A stretch of 51,940 nucleotides of DNA from Vitrella brassicaformis CCMP3155 (lineage: Eukaryota > Protista > Chromerida): the NCBI GenBank assembly GCA_001179505.1, contig CDMY01000557.1:1-51940 (forward strand), given 5' to 3'. Position numbers and translations under genes: made by a program. This document shows, one piece after another, positions 28,846-41,067 of this stretch. Each line of letters starts with the position of its first letter. The first letter of the stretch is position 1. Below the pieces are notes generated by a model. It did no database searches, was not told the origin of the DNA, and worked only from the letters and a program-made list of their open reading frames with translations.

Positions 28846-29179
28846 CTGACTGAATGACTCACTCCATAGCTCATCTGCTGCTGTGTCTGCCGTACGCTGG
28901 CGTCGTGGTGGCGTGTGTGTGGCGTGTTGTGCAGTGGGTGGCGTGAGTGGGTCGCCGCGATGGATGGATAGATGGATGGATGATGGGTGGGTGGGTGGGT
29001 GGTGTGGAGGTGACTCGCTGGCTGTCAGCTGTCAGCTGGTCACCATTGATTGAATCAGATCAGCCGACCACTCATCCACAGTGCTCAGGCAGCACCACAG
29101 GACAAAACAACAACCACCCCTCAAAGCACAACACAAGACCACCCATCCGTCCCCACAGCCCCTGCATTGCATGGTCACG

Positions 29180-32100
29180 TCAGATCGCGTCACGCCGCAC
29201 CTTTCCTCTGCTGCTATTTTGTTTGTTTTTGTCTTGTCTTTTGTTGGCCTTGTCGATGGCCGCCCGCTTGGCCTTGAGCTTAGCGGCCGCCTCCTGCTTG
29301 CTCTTCTCCGTGTACTGAACACACATTTAGCACACACACACACACACATCCACACAACACAGAGAGGGGAGGCGAGTGAGGTGCAGTCCAGGTGAGAGAC
29401 CCACCTCGATTCGGTGGAGGAGTCGGCGACGCTGCACGCAACGCACACAGCCACACACACACAAGGCATGAAATGCGACGGACGGACGGACGAGGGCGCC
29501 GGTGTGTTTGTGCGCGATTCCAACCTTTTTCGAGAGCAGCGCCTTGGCCCGCTCTCTCTCCTCTTCCTCACGCAGCTCCCTCCTACACACACACACACAC
29601 ACACACGCACGCACGCACAGCCAGCATAGAGAAGGGCAGAGCAATCCACAGCCGTCCGTCAAGGCGACGTCAGATTCCAGCTGCTCAGTCGGGGCTCGCT
29701 CACGTACTTGCTCTTGGTCTTTGGTGGGGCCTCCTCCTCCTCCTCCTCCTCCTCAACCTCAACCTCAACCTCATCTACTTCTTCTGCCTCCTCTGCCTCT
29801 TCGTCTGCCTCCTGGGCTTCTTGCTCAGGCTCATGGTCAACGGTGGCCTTCCGCTTGCGAGACGACCCCTGCTGCTGCTCCTTCTCCTGCTGGTCGTCGT
29901 CAGCCTCATTGGCTGCTGTCGTGGGCTTCTTGTTGGGTTTCTTCTTGGCCTTTGCTGACGTATCGGCTCGCGCAGAGTAGGACGTGCCCTGACACAAACA
30001 CAAACACAACACCATGAGCACAGACACGACAGATGGATTCTCTCATGCGAGCAGAGACAGAGAGAGACAGAGAGAGACAGAGAGAGGGCAATGGTGTGTG
30101 ACCTACCCACCCACCTTGGCTTCCATGTCGAGTTCACTCATGAAGTGGACCTCTTTAGCCAGCCGCTCCTGCCGCGTCATCTCGTCCTCCTCCTCCTCCT
30201 CGTCGCCTGACGACCCCTCGCCCTCGAGCTCGTCATCCTCGCCAACCACACGGCGCTCGTCGCCCTCATCTAGGTGGATGACCACATAGCATATGCACCA
30301 CCACACACTTGGTAAGAAACCAGGGCGAGAGGGGCAGAGGGGGGAGGGGGGAGGGGATTGCTTATCTACTTTCATCGATGAGTTTGCTCTGTCGCTGCCG
30401 CTCCTTGATGATGGCGTCGAGCAGCTCCCGCTGCTTGGGCACATAGCCCTCCCTCACGTCGTCCTGACGGCGGTCAACCATCACGCCAACACATCCATCC
30501 ATCCATCCGTCTGTGCTGCACTTGGGTGGCTGCCCGGGTAGTGGGGCATACCACGAAGGGCGAGAGGTGGGGCGGGAGAGTCTTGCCGGGTTTGTATGGC
30601 TGGATGGGCAGCAGCACGCCGCTGTTGAGGCTGTCGAAGACCCACTGTGGCTGCACCACCTCGCGACACCTCAACAGCTCCTCGGGCGCACACAGACGCA
30701 GCGCTGAAGACAGCACGGACACACACACACACACAGAGACAGACAGACAGCAGCATAAGTAAGCCCACACGCGCTGTCGTGTCGCCGTTGGTCAATCACT
30801 CAGTGTGGCCGGCCGTACCTTCAGGCGGCCTGTCGACGATTTGGTGGGTGATAGCTGGGTCGGCCTCGCCAAACGGAGAACCCTCCCCCTGCACAAATCG
30901 TGTGTGTGCTATGACATGGCCATGTCACTGGCTCACCCACCCTCTCACTCACTCACTCACTCAGTCACTGACCTGCCAGCCTACTCGCCCCCCGCAGCTG
31001 AGCACAGCCAAAGCCAACGGTTGCAGCGGCACCTCTCTGAACCAATCCATCGAACGACGAGTGAGATACACACACACACACATGTGGGTGGGGACAAGAG
31101 AGTCTGTCTGTCTGTGTGTCTGTCTGTCTGTCTACCGACCGACCCACCGGTTGAGGAACAAGACGAGCTGAGCGAAGAGCTTTTTGACGTGAGCAGCTGC
31201 AGCCTCCTTCTCCTGAGGTGGTACATAAAGACACATTACAGGCACATGAGGTCTGCCGGGCGGGCTGGCTGGCTGGCTTGGGTGGAAGCATGCCTTGATT
31301 TCCTGGAGGATGGTCGAGTCTTCAAAGTCTTTCGTGTCCACCGCTGGGCCATCGGGGCCACCCTGACCCGCACACAATGACAAACGGATTCACACACACA
31401 AGAGACGAAGGTCAGTCCATCCCGTCCGTTTGCCTGTGTGCGTGCCACTGACCTCCTCGTCGGCATCCTCTTGGCCCTCTTCGCCCTCCTCCTTGTCGCC
31501 CTCTGCCAAGTCATCCAGCCGGCCGCCCATCCCCTCTATCCGCTTGCCCTGGGAGCCCTCACCCCCTCCTCCACCTCTGGCGCCCTCTTCCTCCTCCTCC
31601 TCCCCCTCCTCCTGCTGCTGCTGCTGCTGCTGGCGGTTGCCCTTGCCGTCGGCCGTCATGGTGATGTGATATGCAAGGAATCCCACGCCGGCCTTGGCGC
31701 GCCGCTTGACGAGTGTGGGTGGGTATGTGTAGCCCTTCTCGAGGCAGAGCTTGAAGTTGACGGCCTTGAGCATGGTGAGGTAGAACTCTAGGAAGCTCAT
31801 GAGGACCCGGAAATCGACCTCGGGCGGGGTGTCCTGGGGGAACTGGTGGGGCAGCAGCCACGTGACGGCCTGGCCCAGCAGCTCAGCCTGCAGGTAGTAC
31901 CCCTTCACCGACACAAACACCCTGCGCATCGCACCCGCGCGCGCCACCAGGGCGTGGAACTCGTTGAGCAGCCGGGTGCTCTCACGGATGCACTCGGACG
32001 GGATCTCCTTGTCGTCACGCACAGGCAAAGCCGCGAACACGCTGACCGTCGACAGAGCGTCGTCCAGGTCGCGCAGCGCGTCGACGAGAGTGGGGTACCT

Positions 32101-32445
32101 CTCCTTGACCAGGTGGTGCAGCGTGTACTTGGGCTTGCGGCTGACCAGGTCCTTGGCCTTCGACTGCTGCTTCCGCCCGAGGGCCTTCTTGTACTTGCGC
32201 TGGAAGACCTTTTGCTCGCGCAGTTTGTCGATGAGTGGCTCGTGTGAGAGGAAGAGGATGTCCTTGCGGTGGTAGTAGGTCTTGTCGCGCCCCTTGCGCT
32301 TCTTCTTGGGGTCGCGCGGGTAGATGCCCTTCAAGATGCACAGCTTCCGAAAGTCGGCCAGCGACACCTGGAGCTTTCGCAGCACCTCCGCGCGAGTCAG
32401 GTAAGCCGCAGCCTCGCCCTTGGTCCCCTTCTTGACCTTCTTCAT
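29180..32445 (-). CDS. PES1: Pescadillo/Nop7 60S ribosome biogenesis factor with BRCT domain
   Basis: [110 protein letters not shown] and [19 protein letters not shown], acidic then basic C-terminus. Confidence 0.97.
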
Positions 32446-32583
32446 CCTCCGGAGGATGTACCAATCACACCGATCGGCCGACGAGATGACAGATCACGCC
32501 ACAGCGGATGACGGCCTCTCACACGACTAGGCCGACATTCACTCCCCTCACTCCTCCTTGTCCACCAGCACGTGGGAGGCCGA

Positions 32584-32608
32584 CTAGGGTGCTCCACGAA
32601 ACCGCTGC
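32584..32608 (+). promoter_or_regulatory. 25-bp element, copy 1 (CTAGGGTGCTCCACGAAACCGCTGC), between PES1 and the coiled-coil gene
   Basis: Near-identical to 38781-38805 and 44041-44065; non-coding position 139 bp from the PES1 ATG. Regulatory role is inferred. Confidence 0.7.
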
Positions 32609-32611
32609 TGA

Positions 32612-32647
32612 CGGCGAAAAATCTCTATCCCGACGGCGAAAATCTCA
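32612..32647 (+). promoter_or_regulatory. Tandem GACGGCGAAAA(A)TCTC motif pair in the PES1 promoter region
   Basis: 'gacggcgaaaaatctc' then 'gacggcgaaaatctc' about 22 bp later, immediately after 25-bp element copy 1. Confidence 0.45.
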
Positions 32648-33029
32648 GAGATGGCTTAACTGCAAGGATCCGTCCTTAACTGCTTTCTGCCTTGCGAAAG
32701 CCGAGAGCTCGGCCCCACGAGTGATTGCCCCACCAACTCTTTCTGACTGGGGATGGCCGTAGGGCGGAGGACGAGGGTCTTGACTTGACAGCAGCACGGA
32801 GACGGCTATGACTATGAAGGCGGCTCACGTGGCCACCGACACACAAGCGGGCGCCGGCCGACGTATCGATTGAAGCGGGGACTCCCTCTCCTTCTGCTCG
32901 ACTCGACCGACATTGCCCCTGCCTCATCTGCACGTGCGTGGCATTCATCTGGAAACGACGGCTTGAGCGACTGCGGCTCCCTCCCTCCCTCCCTCCCTCC
33001 CCCTTAATTCTTGTCATCAATCAATCATA

Positions 33030-36000
33030 ATGAAGTCGACCCACTCCAAGTCGCCAGCCATCAAGGACAGGTCCCCCAGGTCGGTGTCCATCCGCGAAGA
33101 CCCCTCGAAGCGCCTCACCGCCCTTGCCATCCCGGAGGCCGCCATAGCCAAGGGCCGCAGGGCGTCCACTGCCGCCGTGGCGTCTCACTCTGCTGGCGAG
33201 ATGTGGGATCGCCTCAACGCTGCCCTACTGGAGGTGGCAACGGAGAAGAGCCGGGCGGGGCGGCTGGAGAAGGAATTGGAGAGGGAGAAGAAGGAAAGAG
33301 AGGCACTCAGGACCACCATGGCCGCGGTGAGGACGTTCGTGAGTGTGTGTCAACCAGGGAGACGTGCCTTCACTCTCTTGATGTGTATGTGTGTGTGTGT
33401 GTGTGTGTCTGCCTGTAGCTTGAGCATGAGGTTCAGGACCTGAAGGAGGAGAAGGACGGCCTCGAACACTTCATGGCGCAACTCAAGGTACGTCACCGCT
33501 CGCGCATGAAAGTAATACAGACAGCCTCCTCCCATCGACCCTCTCTCTCTTCCATCCATCTCTGCTCAGGGTTTCGGGCCTTCGGGCACCCTTTCCTTCC
33601 TCGAGAGTTCCAAGAGCAGCTCTAGTGCTGTAGGCGACGCCGAAGAATCCGCAGCAGCACCAGCAGCAGCAGCAGCCGCCCCCGAGGTGTTGCCAGTCGA
33701 CGGCCCCACACTGCAGGTGCCTGGCGGTGTGAAGCCGCATCAAGTGGCGCTGGAGGGTGGTGAAGTGGAGGAAGGGGAGGAGGCGGCGAGCCCCAGCAGC
33801 TCGGCTGATGCGGGTGACGACGTGATGGCGGATGAGGAGCATCAGGAGAGGCTGAGGCGGCGGTTGAGCGCCAGGTCGATGTCTGCGGGGCGGCGGTCGG
33901 GGCTCAACGAGGCAGATATCACATCGATACGCAACTCCATCGAAGTGCTCTCGAGACAGTGCACGTACGCAGACAGACAGACAGACAGACAGACAGAGAG
34001 AATTGGACGGGAAGGGGGAGAGGCGGGGGTATCTGGGACACACCGTGTGGCGCGAGGCACATGCAGACACGCATGTCTGTGCTCGTGCAGGATGCTGGCT
34101 GGACGTGAGAAGAGACTGCTGCAGGAACGCAAGTCTATCCAACAGCAAATCCAAGAAGGTACACAATCAGCCTCCTTCCTCCCTCCCTCCCTCCCTCCCT
34201 CCCTCCGTCCTTGCATCATCACACACAGTCACACACACACATAGACACACCGTCACGATGTCTGGTCTCTCTTCTCCCCTGCTTTCCCGTCAGACCGCGA
34301 GAATCTCTTGTCCAAGTTGCGAGAGAAGGTGACTGAGGTGTCTGAGCTCAAGCAGGAGCACCAGGACATGGAGATGCTCCTCCTCGCATGTGAGCGGGAA
34401 TTCCTGCGGGAGGTTGAGCGCCCACCCGCTTTCTGCCTACACACGCTCAAGGAGCTCCGCCACGGCCGCGAGACACCCTTCCTCATTCCACCATCACCCA
34501 CAGCCGACACGCCGGGTGCGGGGAATCTGGGCCTGCAGCCAAGTGAGACCGCCGAAGATGTCACGCCATCTGAGCCATCTGCGAGACATAAGACCTGGGA
34601 GGGGACGGCTGCATCCGGGGCGTCGAGCAAGCGTGCGGCGGGTGTGTCGGTAGAGTTCAAGCGGGGCGGTGGCAAGGTGAACCCTTTGGGTGCCGCTTAT
34701 GCCGAGATCGACCGTCTGAAGCTGGTCATCAAGACGCAGAAGGAGAAGCTGGAGGAGACGCAGGAAAAGATGGCCGAGAAGGAGGAAGCAGCCAAGAAAT
34801 CGAAACAGTCCGAGACCGCACTCCTCAAGAAAATGTACATACATACATACAGAGAGAGAGTTCACATGTGCATCGTCGGTCGGTCGGTCTTTGTGTGTGT
34901 GGTCCTTTTTTCCTTCAGGGGTGCGCTTCGCACCGAGAAGGACGTGACTGCGGCCAATCTGGTGGCAGCACAGAACGCACTCGACTTCGCGATGAAGAAG
35001 AGCAAGGAGTACCAGCAGAAGTTCGTCGACCTCATCAAGTCCGTGAACCAGCTCAAGGATAGCGGCCGCCTCAACACCAGCGGCGCACCAGACCCCCCCA
35101 AACCCCGCTTACCGGGCGCAGAAGAGGAAGCGGAGGCTGCTGAAGGCGAGAGGAAAGCGGAAGAGCCTGAGGAGGGAGAGGCCCCCGAACCCCCACCCCC
35201 ACCAGCAGCGGCAGCGGCAGCGGTCCCGCCCGTGGTGCCCCCGCTGCCGATAACGGTCCTGGTAGATCGTTTGGACAAGGGCACATCGATGACGCCCCGC
35301 CCGGAGGCCGACCAACTGGTTTTGTCTGAGGGGGCGGTCCAGGCGCCACAGCCGGAGCAGCAGGTACGCCTCGCGCTCTCCCACGAGGAAGTGGTGCCCG
35401 ATACAGCAGACAGGGCCAAAGCCCGCTTCCCGACCGCGGAGTCTAAGAGGGGCAAGAAGGTGTCCATCGCCCCTGCTGTGCCCAAGAAGCAGGGGAGGGG
35501 CAAGACGGCACCGCCCCAGCCCTCTCAAGTGGCGGGAGTGGTTGAGTCGCCCAGGGAAAGTGTGGTCGAGGGTCCATATGCGGCGGCGACAGGCGGGCCC
35601 CAGCCGGCCCCACCCGCCCACCCGAGGATGTCGGCTGTCGTTGCTCCAGTGGCCTTCTTCCCAGCTCCAAAAATACCCCCCCGCATGAGGATCATCAGAG
35701 CAGTCACAAAAGTCCTGAAGGTAGGTACTCACACACGATATATGATGTCTCTGCCTGCCTACCTCCCGGCCGGTGCGTGTTCAGGAGATCCGCAGTCTGC
35801 GTCTGAAGGGCAAGGGAGGCAAGGCGACGCTCGGCAAGGGCTCCCTCGTGCCCCCCGGGCAGCAGCAGGCTCCTCCACTCCCACCATTGGCAGCGTCCCT
35901 CTCACCAACACCATCGCCCCCCCTCCCCCCCAAGGTGCCATCGCCCCCCTCTGCCAAGCGCACATCACAGCAGGCGCTCGCGTCGCCATCCGACTTCCTT

Positions 36001-36597
36001 CGTCTGGGCCTGGGTGCCACCAAGAAGGCCGACAGGAAAGAAGCCGGAGCATCAGCAGCACCAGTGGTCCCCATCACCGACCGGAGCTCCCTTGCCGGCT
36101 CCCTGCGGCTGAGCATCAAGGCGCCCGCATTGTCCGAAAGGTCCGCCCTTGCCACCAGCGTGCACCTGGCCTCCCAGCAGCAGCAGCAGCAGCACCATCG
36201 CAGCCTGTCAGTCAAGGCTCCGAGTGTGCAAGGGCCGACCCCCCCGCCCGTCATCAGCCTCTCACTCCAAGAGAGACGGGGCAGCACCACCCCGGTTGCA
36301 CGCCCGTCGGCCCCCCACCTCTCCCTGCGCCTTTCGCCCACACCGTCACCGGCCCAGTCTGCTCGCAACAGTGGCCGCAGCGCGTCTGTGAGTGGCGGTG
36401 CACAGCCTACTCGCCTGTCGCTGGGGCAGCTGGCCGCCCTTACACAAAGCCAGCAGGAGGAGGCCGCACAGCCGCCTGCTGACGAGGGGGTGCGGCCGGT
36501 GCTGCCAGAGGGGGGGAGGCTGAGGTTGGACTTGCCATCCATCAATGTGCCATCCCACTCGGTGCCGGCACTCAACCTAAGGTTAACCTACGCGTGA
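33030..36597 (+). CDS. Hypothetical coiled-coil / low-complexity protein
   Basis: Long ORFs (33030, 33687, 34308, 35773) linked by GT-AG introns. E/K/Q-rich heptad segments (RLEKELEREKKEREALR, KLVIKTQKEKLEETQEKMAEKEE) and a P/S-rich tail. No family recognised. Confidence 0.7.
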
Positions 36598-37059
36598 GGG
36601 AGGTGGAGAGGAATACAGACAGACAGACACACAGGGAAGGGAAAGGGGTTCAATGAAGTGACATCGATCACCGCGTGTGTCGTGTCGTGGGAGCAGCTTT
36701 GCTTCGACGTGTCTGTCTGGCGTCTGCCCGTGCGTGTGTGTCTGTCTGTCTCTGACTCGTTCGTTCGTTGGACAGATTCGGTCGTGTGTGCGTGAAAGAA
36801 TGTGTTGGTCAGTCAACTGGCTGGTCAATCAACTGGTTGCTTGATTCTTCATTCATCGGGTGACTGACTGACCCTTGAGCATCAAAGGCACTCACTCAGG
36901 CCTTGACTCACTCCAAACCTCACTCATGTCATCGATGCATCTATCTCATGTCAGTCAACCGCCAAGCCCAACACACAAATACATATCCGCCCGCCTATAT
37001 GTCTGTCAAATCCGCCCCTCCCTCGATTGACCAAGACACTCAACCGCACACACAGTCAT

Positions 37060-38685
37060 TTAGCCGCCTGCCTTGCCGCCAGCAGTAGCGGCAGCAGCCA
37101 CAGCACCATCGGGGGACGACGGCAGGGGGCTCTTGGGCTGACAGTGCACCCGTCTGGCTGGTACGCTGTATATGTGTCGGCCTGGCAGCACGACAGCCGA
37201 CAAACGGCCCCCATACACGCAACCTGCACACACACACACCCACACACCCATGCCCATCTGTCCATCTGTCCATCCATCCAATCCATGTGTGTGTGTTCAT
37301 CCCCAGCCAGCCCACCAGGCAGGCAGGCAGGCAATCTACCTACTTACACACCTGTGTCGAGGCCGATGGTGTGTTGAGTGACATAGAGGCCCTTCTTTGC
37401 GTCGTGGCCGTACACGACCAGCTGTGGCCCGTCCCACAGGTCGATCCAGTGCACCCCCTGTTTGTCGTCCTCAACGCCCCGCCGCCCGTCCACCAGGACA
37501 TTGCGCATGTGCGTCAGCTCCCACTCACTCTGCTCCTCCAGCGGCAAGAACGGATTCAGCCCTGCGTGGACGACTACCAGGTCCTGTTGTTTGCCCCACG
37601 CCGCCGCTGCTGCTGCTGATAGTGATAGTGACAGTGGTGGTGCTGGTGGGATAATGGGGAAGCGGAGCATCTTGGGCTGGCGCATCAGCCAGGCCATGTC
37701 GTCCTCGGTGAGCTCCTGCAGCATCCGACGAAAGGCGCCCTTCTTCCGCTCCTGCTTGCTGCTGCTGCTGCTCTCACTGCTGGAGGTGTCTGATTGAGAG
37801 GGGGTGGGGAGGGTGGGGGTGACGGCGGCGGGCGAGAGGGCCACAGAGGGGGAGGGCGCCGGGGGGATAATCGACAGACAATGGGGGGCTGGAGAGCTGG
37901 TGCTGCCAGAGGGGTCGGGCTGGCCCGGAGAGGTCTTTCTACTGGCTGACCTCCTGCCCTCTGCCTCATAAATGCTGAACAGCTTCATCTCATGATTGCC
38001 AACCACCTGTAGGTAGGTGGGAATGGACAGACAGACAGACAGGAGGACACACAGACAGACAGACAGACAGACGGACAGGAGGGCACACAGACAGACAGAC
38101 AAATCCGGTGGGTGAACTCCCTCGGCGTGCGCACACACCATGAAAACGGTTTGAGGGTATCTCTCCTGGTGCTGCCTGTAGAACTGCACTATCCCACTGC
38201 TGTCGGGACCCTTGTTGACCAGGTCGCCACACAACTGACACGACGCACACAGAAGCCAATGGTCTGCCGACGGCAACTCATGTCATCGATTTTCATCTGC
38301 GGCTCTGACCACAAGGATGTCTTTCCCAGGCCGATAGCTGAGCCCTCCCGGACAGCGGGGCGGCCGGCCCAGCAGATCAAACAGCTCTACCGTACACACG
38401 AAACAGCGGATAACACAGCTATGAAGACGGTGACTGACTGACATGCTGCCTCCCGTGCGCGCACTGTTAGTTACCGTCAAAGCACCCGTGCAGATCTCCC
38501 ACTATGATGATTCGCCGTGACTCGCCAAAGAGCCTCGACATCCACTTCCTCCACCATTTCTTGGTGGCCTCGTGATCATAGCGGTGCACCAGATATCGGA
38601 TGGCGAGCAGGGACGCGAGCGTGGCACCACAGCCGAGTAGTACTGACGCAAAACTTGAACGATGGAGCGATAAAAGCAAAGCCAT
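37060..38685 (-). CDS. ApaH-like (ALPH/Ppn2-type) metallophosphoesterase with N-terminal membrane anchor
   Basis: IIIVGDLHGCFD, ILV|LCGDLVNKGPDS, VVGNHE, VVVHAGL, VVYGHDA, IGLDTG|CVYGGRLSAVVLP. N-terminal hydrophobic segment VLLGCGATLASLLAIRYLV. Confidence 0.9.
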
Positions 38686-38780
38686 GAGTGACGCGCTCGT
38701 GTTGGACTCGTAGATCAGGTGTCTGGCCGTCCCCCTTTCATCTCAACACATTGCCGGAAAGCGGCGGGCGAGCATTGGGC

Positions 38781-38805
38781 CTAGGGTGCTCCCTGAAACC
38801 GCTGC
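38781..38805 (+). promoter_or_regulatory. 25-bp element, copy 2 (CTAGGGTGCTCCCTGAAACCGCTGC), between ALPH and the MFS gene
   Basis: Direct sequence match; lies in the ~200-bp interval between divergent start codons. Confidence 0.7.
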
Positions 38806-38882
38806 CCCATGTCGGCGACAGTGCGGTGAGGAACGCAGTCCCTCGCCGAGTAGATCTACTTGGGTTTGCAGGTCAGCTCGCG

Positions 38883-41067
38883 ATGTACCGGACCGCCGTG
38901 GACCCCCTGATATTCCTCGATGGGACGCCGTTCGGCCACTTCCACTCGATTCTATTCGGCCTCACTGTGACGTCATGGTTCCTCATCGGGTGCATCACCG
39001 AGATGGTCCCGCTGCTCTACTCGGCCATGACGACCGAGGCCTGGATGGGCGGACACGACGGATTCGGATGGCTGGTCGGCGCCTCACAGATCGGCTCACT
39101 CATCGGCAACCTCCTGGGAGGCGTCATGTCGGATGTGCAGGGCAGGCGGCCCGTCCTGCTGACCTCTCTCTTGGTCATCGGCCTGGGCTGCGGCACTCTC
39201 GCCACCACCACCGTATGCAATGACTACGCCATGTGTTGCGCCGGCATTGTGCTGGTGGGTGCGGGCATGGGGGGCATCACCGTGACTTACCCGGCCCTGC
39301 TCAACGAGTGGCTGCCCGAGTCGCTGCGGCAGAAGTGGGTGCAGCGCTTCCAGATGGGGTGGATCGCCGGGGGGCTCACGGCCGTCGTGGTGGCCTTTCT
39401 GTCGTTCCCCCAGTGGCGCCTGGCCTTCCGCTTCCTCGTCGTGCCCAGCGTGCTGCTGCTCGTGGGGACCCTGACGCAAGTGCCCGAGTCGCCGAGGTTT
39501 CTGCTGATCAAGAAGAGGGAGATCGAGGCGCTGGAGAAGATCAACTTCATGCGCCGTGTGGACGGCCATCGACCCATCCGGTGGCTGGACCTGCAGAGCC
39601 ACCCCCCGTCGGCCGCCAGCACCCCCACGGGCGGCTCGCCGCGGTCCATGTCGTCTCTACGCATCCCCAAACAGAGCCCCTCTTTTGTCGTCGCTCTCGG
39701 CCAGGTGTGGGCCAGCCATCACTACAGGCGGCTGGCTGTGGTGCTCAGCCTCCTGACCTTCCTGCTCTCTGTGGCCAGCACCGGGCTCAAGGTCTGGACG
39801 CCCTACATCGGGCAGGAGAAGGCCGACAAGGCTGGCAGGATCGCCGCTGACGAGGTGCTCGGCGAGGCTAATGAGGCTCTCCCTTCTGTCGCTTCTGATG
39901 CCCTTGTCGGAGCCTCTGAAGAGCCCTTCATCAACGGCAGCATAGTGGTCAACGACACGTCAGCCACACTGCCTTGGGCGCTCTTCAACGGGACCCTGTT
40001 GCCCCACGACATATTCCCCGGCGGCCTGCCGGCTGTCCCGTCCGCCAGGCAAGTTCCCATCCGGCTTGTGCAGCAGCAGATACAGCCGGACCACCACCAC
40101 CACCTTGGCAGGCGCATGAGTGCTGAGAGAGGTGTGTTGGACGAGTTCAGGATGTATGACGACTTGGACGGCACTGAGGGGGAGGGCGGTCGGATCAGCC
40201 TGGGGTGGCTGGTGGTGCACGTGACCAACGGGGCGATGATCGTGATGTCGGTCAAGCTGATGGAGTGGATCGGGCCGCGCCGCACCCTGCAGCTGGGCCT
40301 GTGGGCGTCGGTGCTCTCGTGTGTCGCCATCCTGCTCCCCGCATACCAACGGTCAGAAAGAACAACATAATGCCGACCGACATACGTTAGGACGGATGGA
40401 TGGATGGAGGCAGCTTCCCTAGCTATGACCCTTCTCTCCTTGCTGTATCGATTGCCTTTGTGTGTGTGTGTGTGTGTGTGTGCAGGTGGTGGGTGACGAT
40501 ATGCGACACGATGGTGTTTTGCGCCCAGACGACCGCCTGGGTGCCGCTCACGGCCATGCAGATCGAGTCGTTCCCAACCTCTGCCAGAGCTGCAGGTAAG
40601 TGGGTGGGGGGGTGCCTACCTGTCTGTCAGTCAGTCAGTCAGTCATACACAGATGCGAGGCTGCAGGCCAGGCAATGCATCACTTCACGCCCCTCTCCCT
40701 CCCTCCCTCCCTCCCTCCCTCCTTCTCTGTCTGTCTGTCTGTCTGCCTGCCTGTCTGGCGTCCGTCTGTCGGTCATGTCGGTCATTCATTCATTCATCCT
40801 AATCCAGGTTTGGGTTTGATGCAGCTGGTCAACTCGATGGGCAGCTTCCTTGTGGGTCCAATCGGCAGTCTGACGATCAGCATGGCCACCGCCTACGGCC
40901 CGCCCCATTCCGTCCACCCGGCCCTGCTGCCGCCGTGGGCCATGTCGCCCAGCGTGCTGCTGGTGTCGGGCTTCGGCCTCTGCTACCTGCTCACGTGTGT
41001 GTGCTTCTGTTTCATGCCCGGCAGACAGCGGCCGGGGAGTGGGGCAAAGGGGCAATGGGACCCTTGA
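38883..41067 (+). CDS. MFS transporter, SV2/SVOP/organic-cation-like
   Basis: PFGHFHSILF, GNLLGGVMSDVQGRRPVLL (motif A), LLNEWLPESLR, PESPRFLLIK, MEWIGPRRTL, IESFPTSARAAG. Two introns near the 3' end. The start may be further upstream. Confidence 0.85.

Noticed and set aside
34308-36482. The 724-aa ORF as a single exon
   Set aside because: It reads through obvious introns (e.g. ~34836-34918 and ~35721-35787). The true last exon is the 35773-36597 frame.
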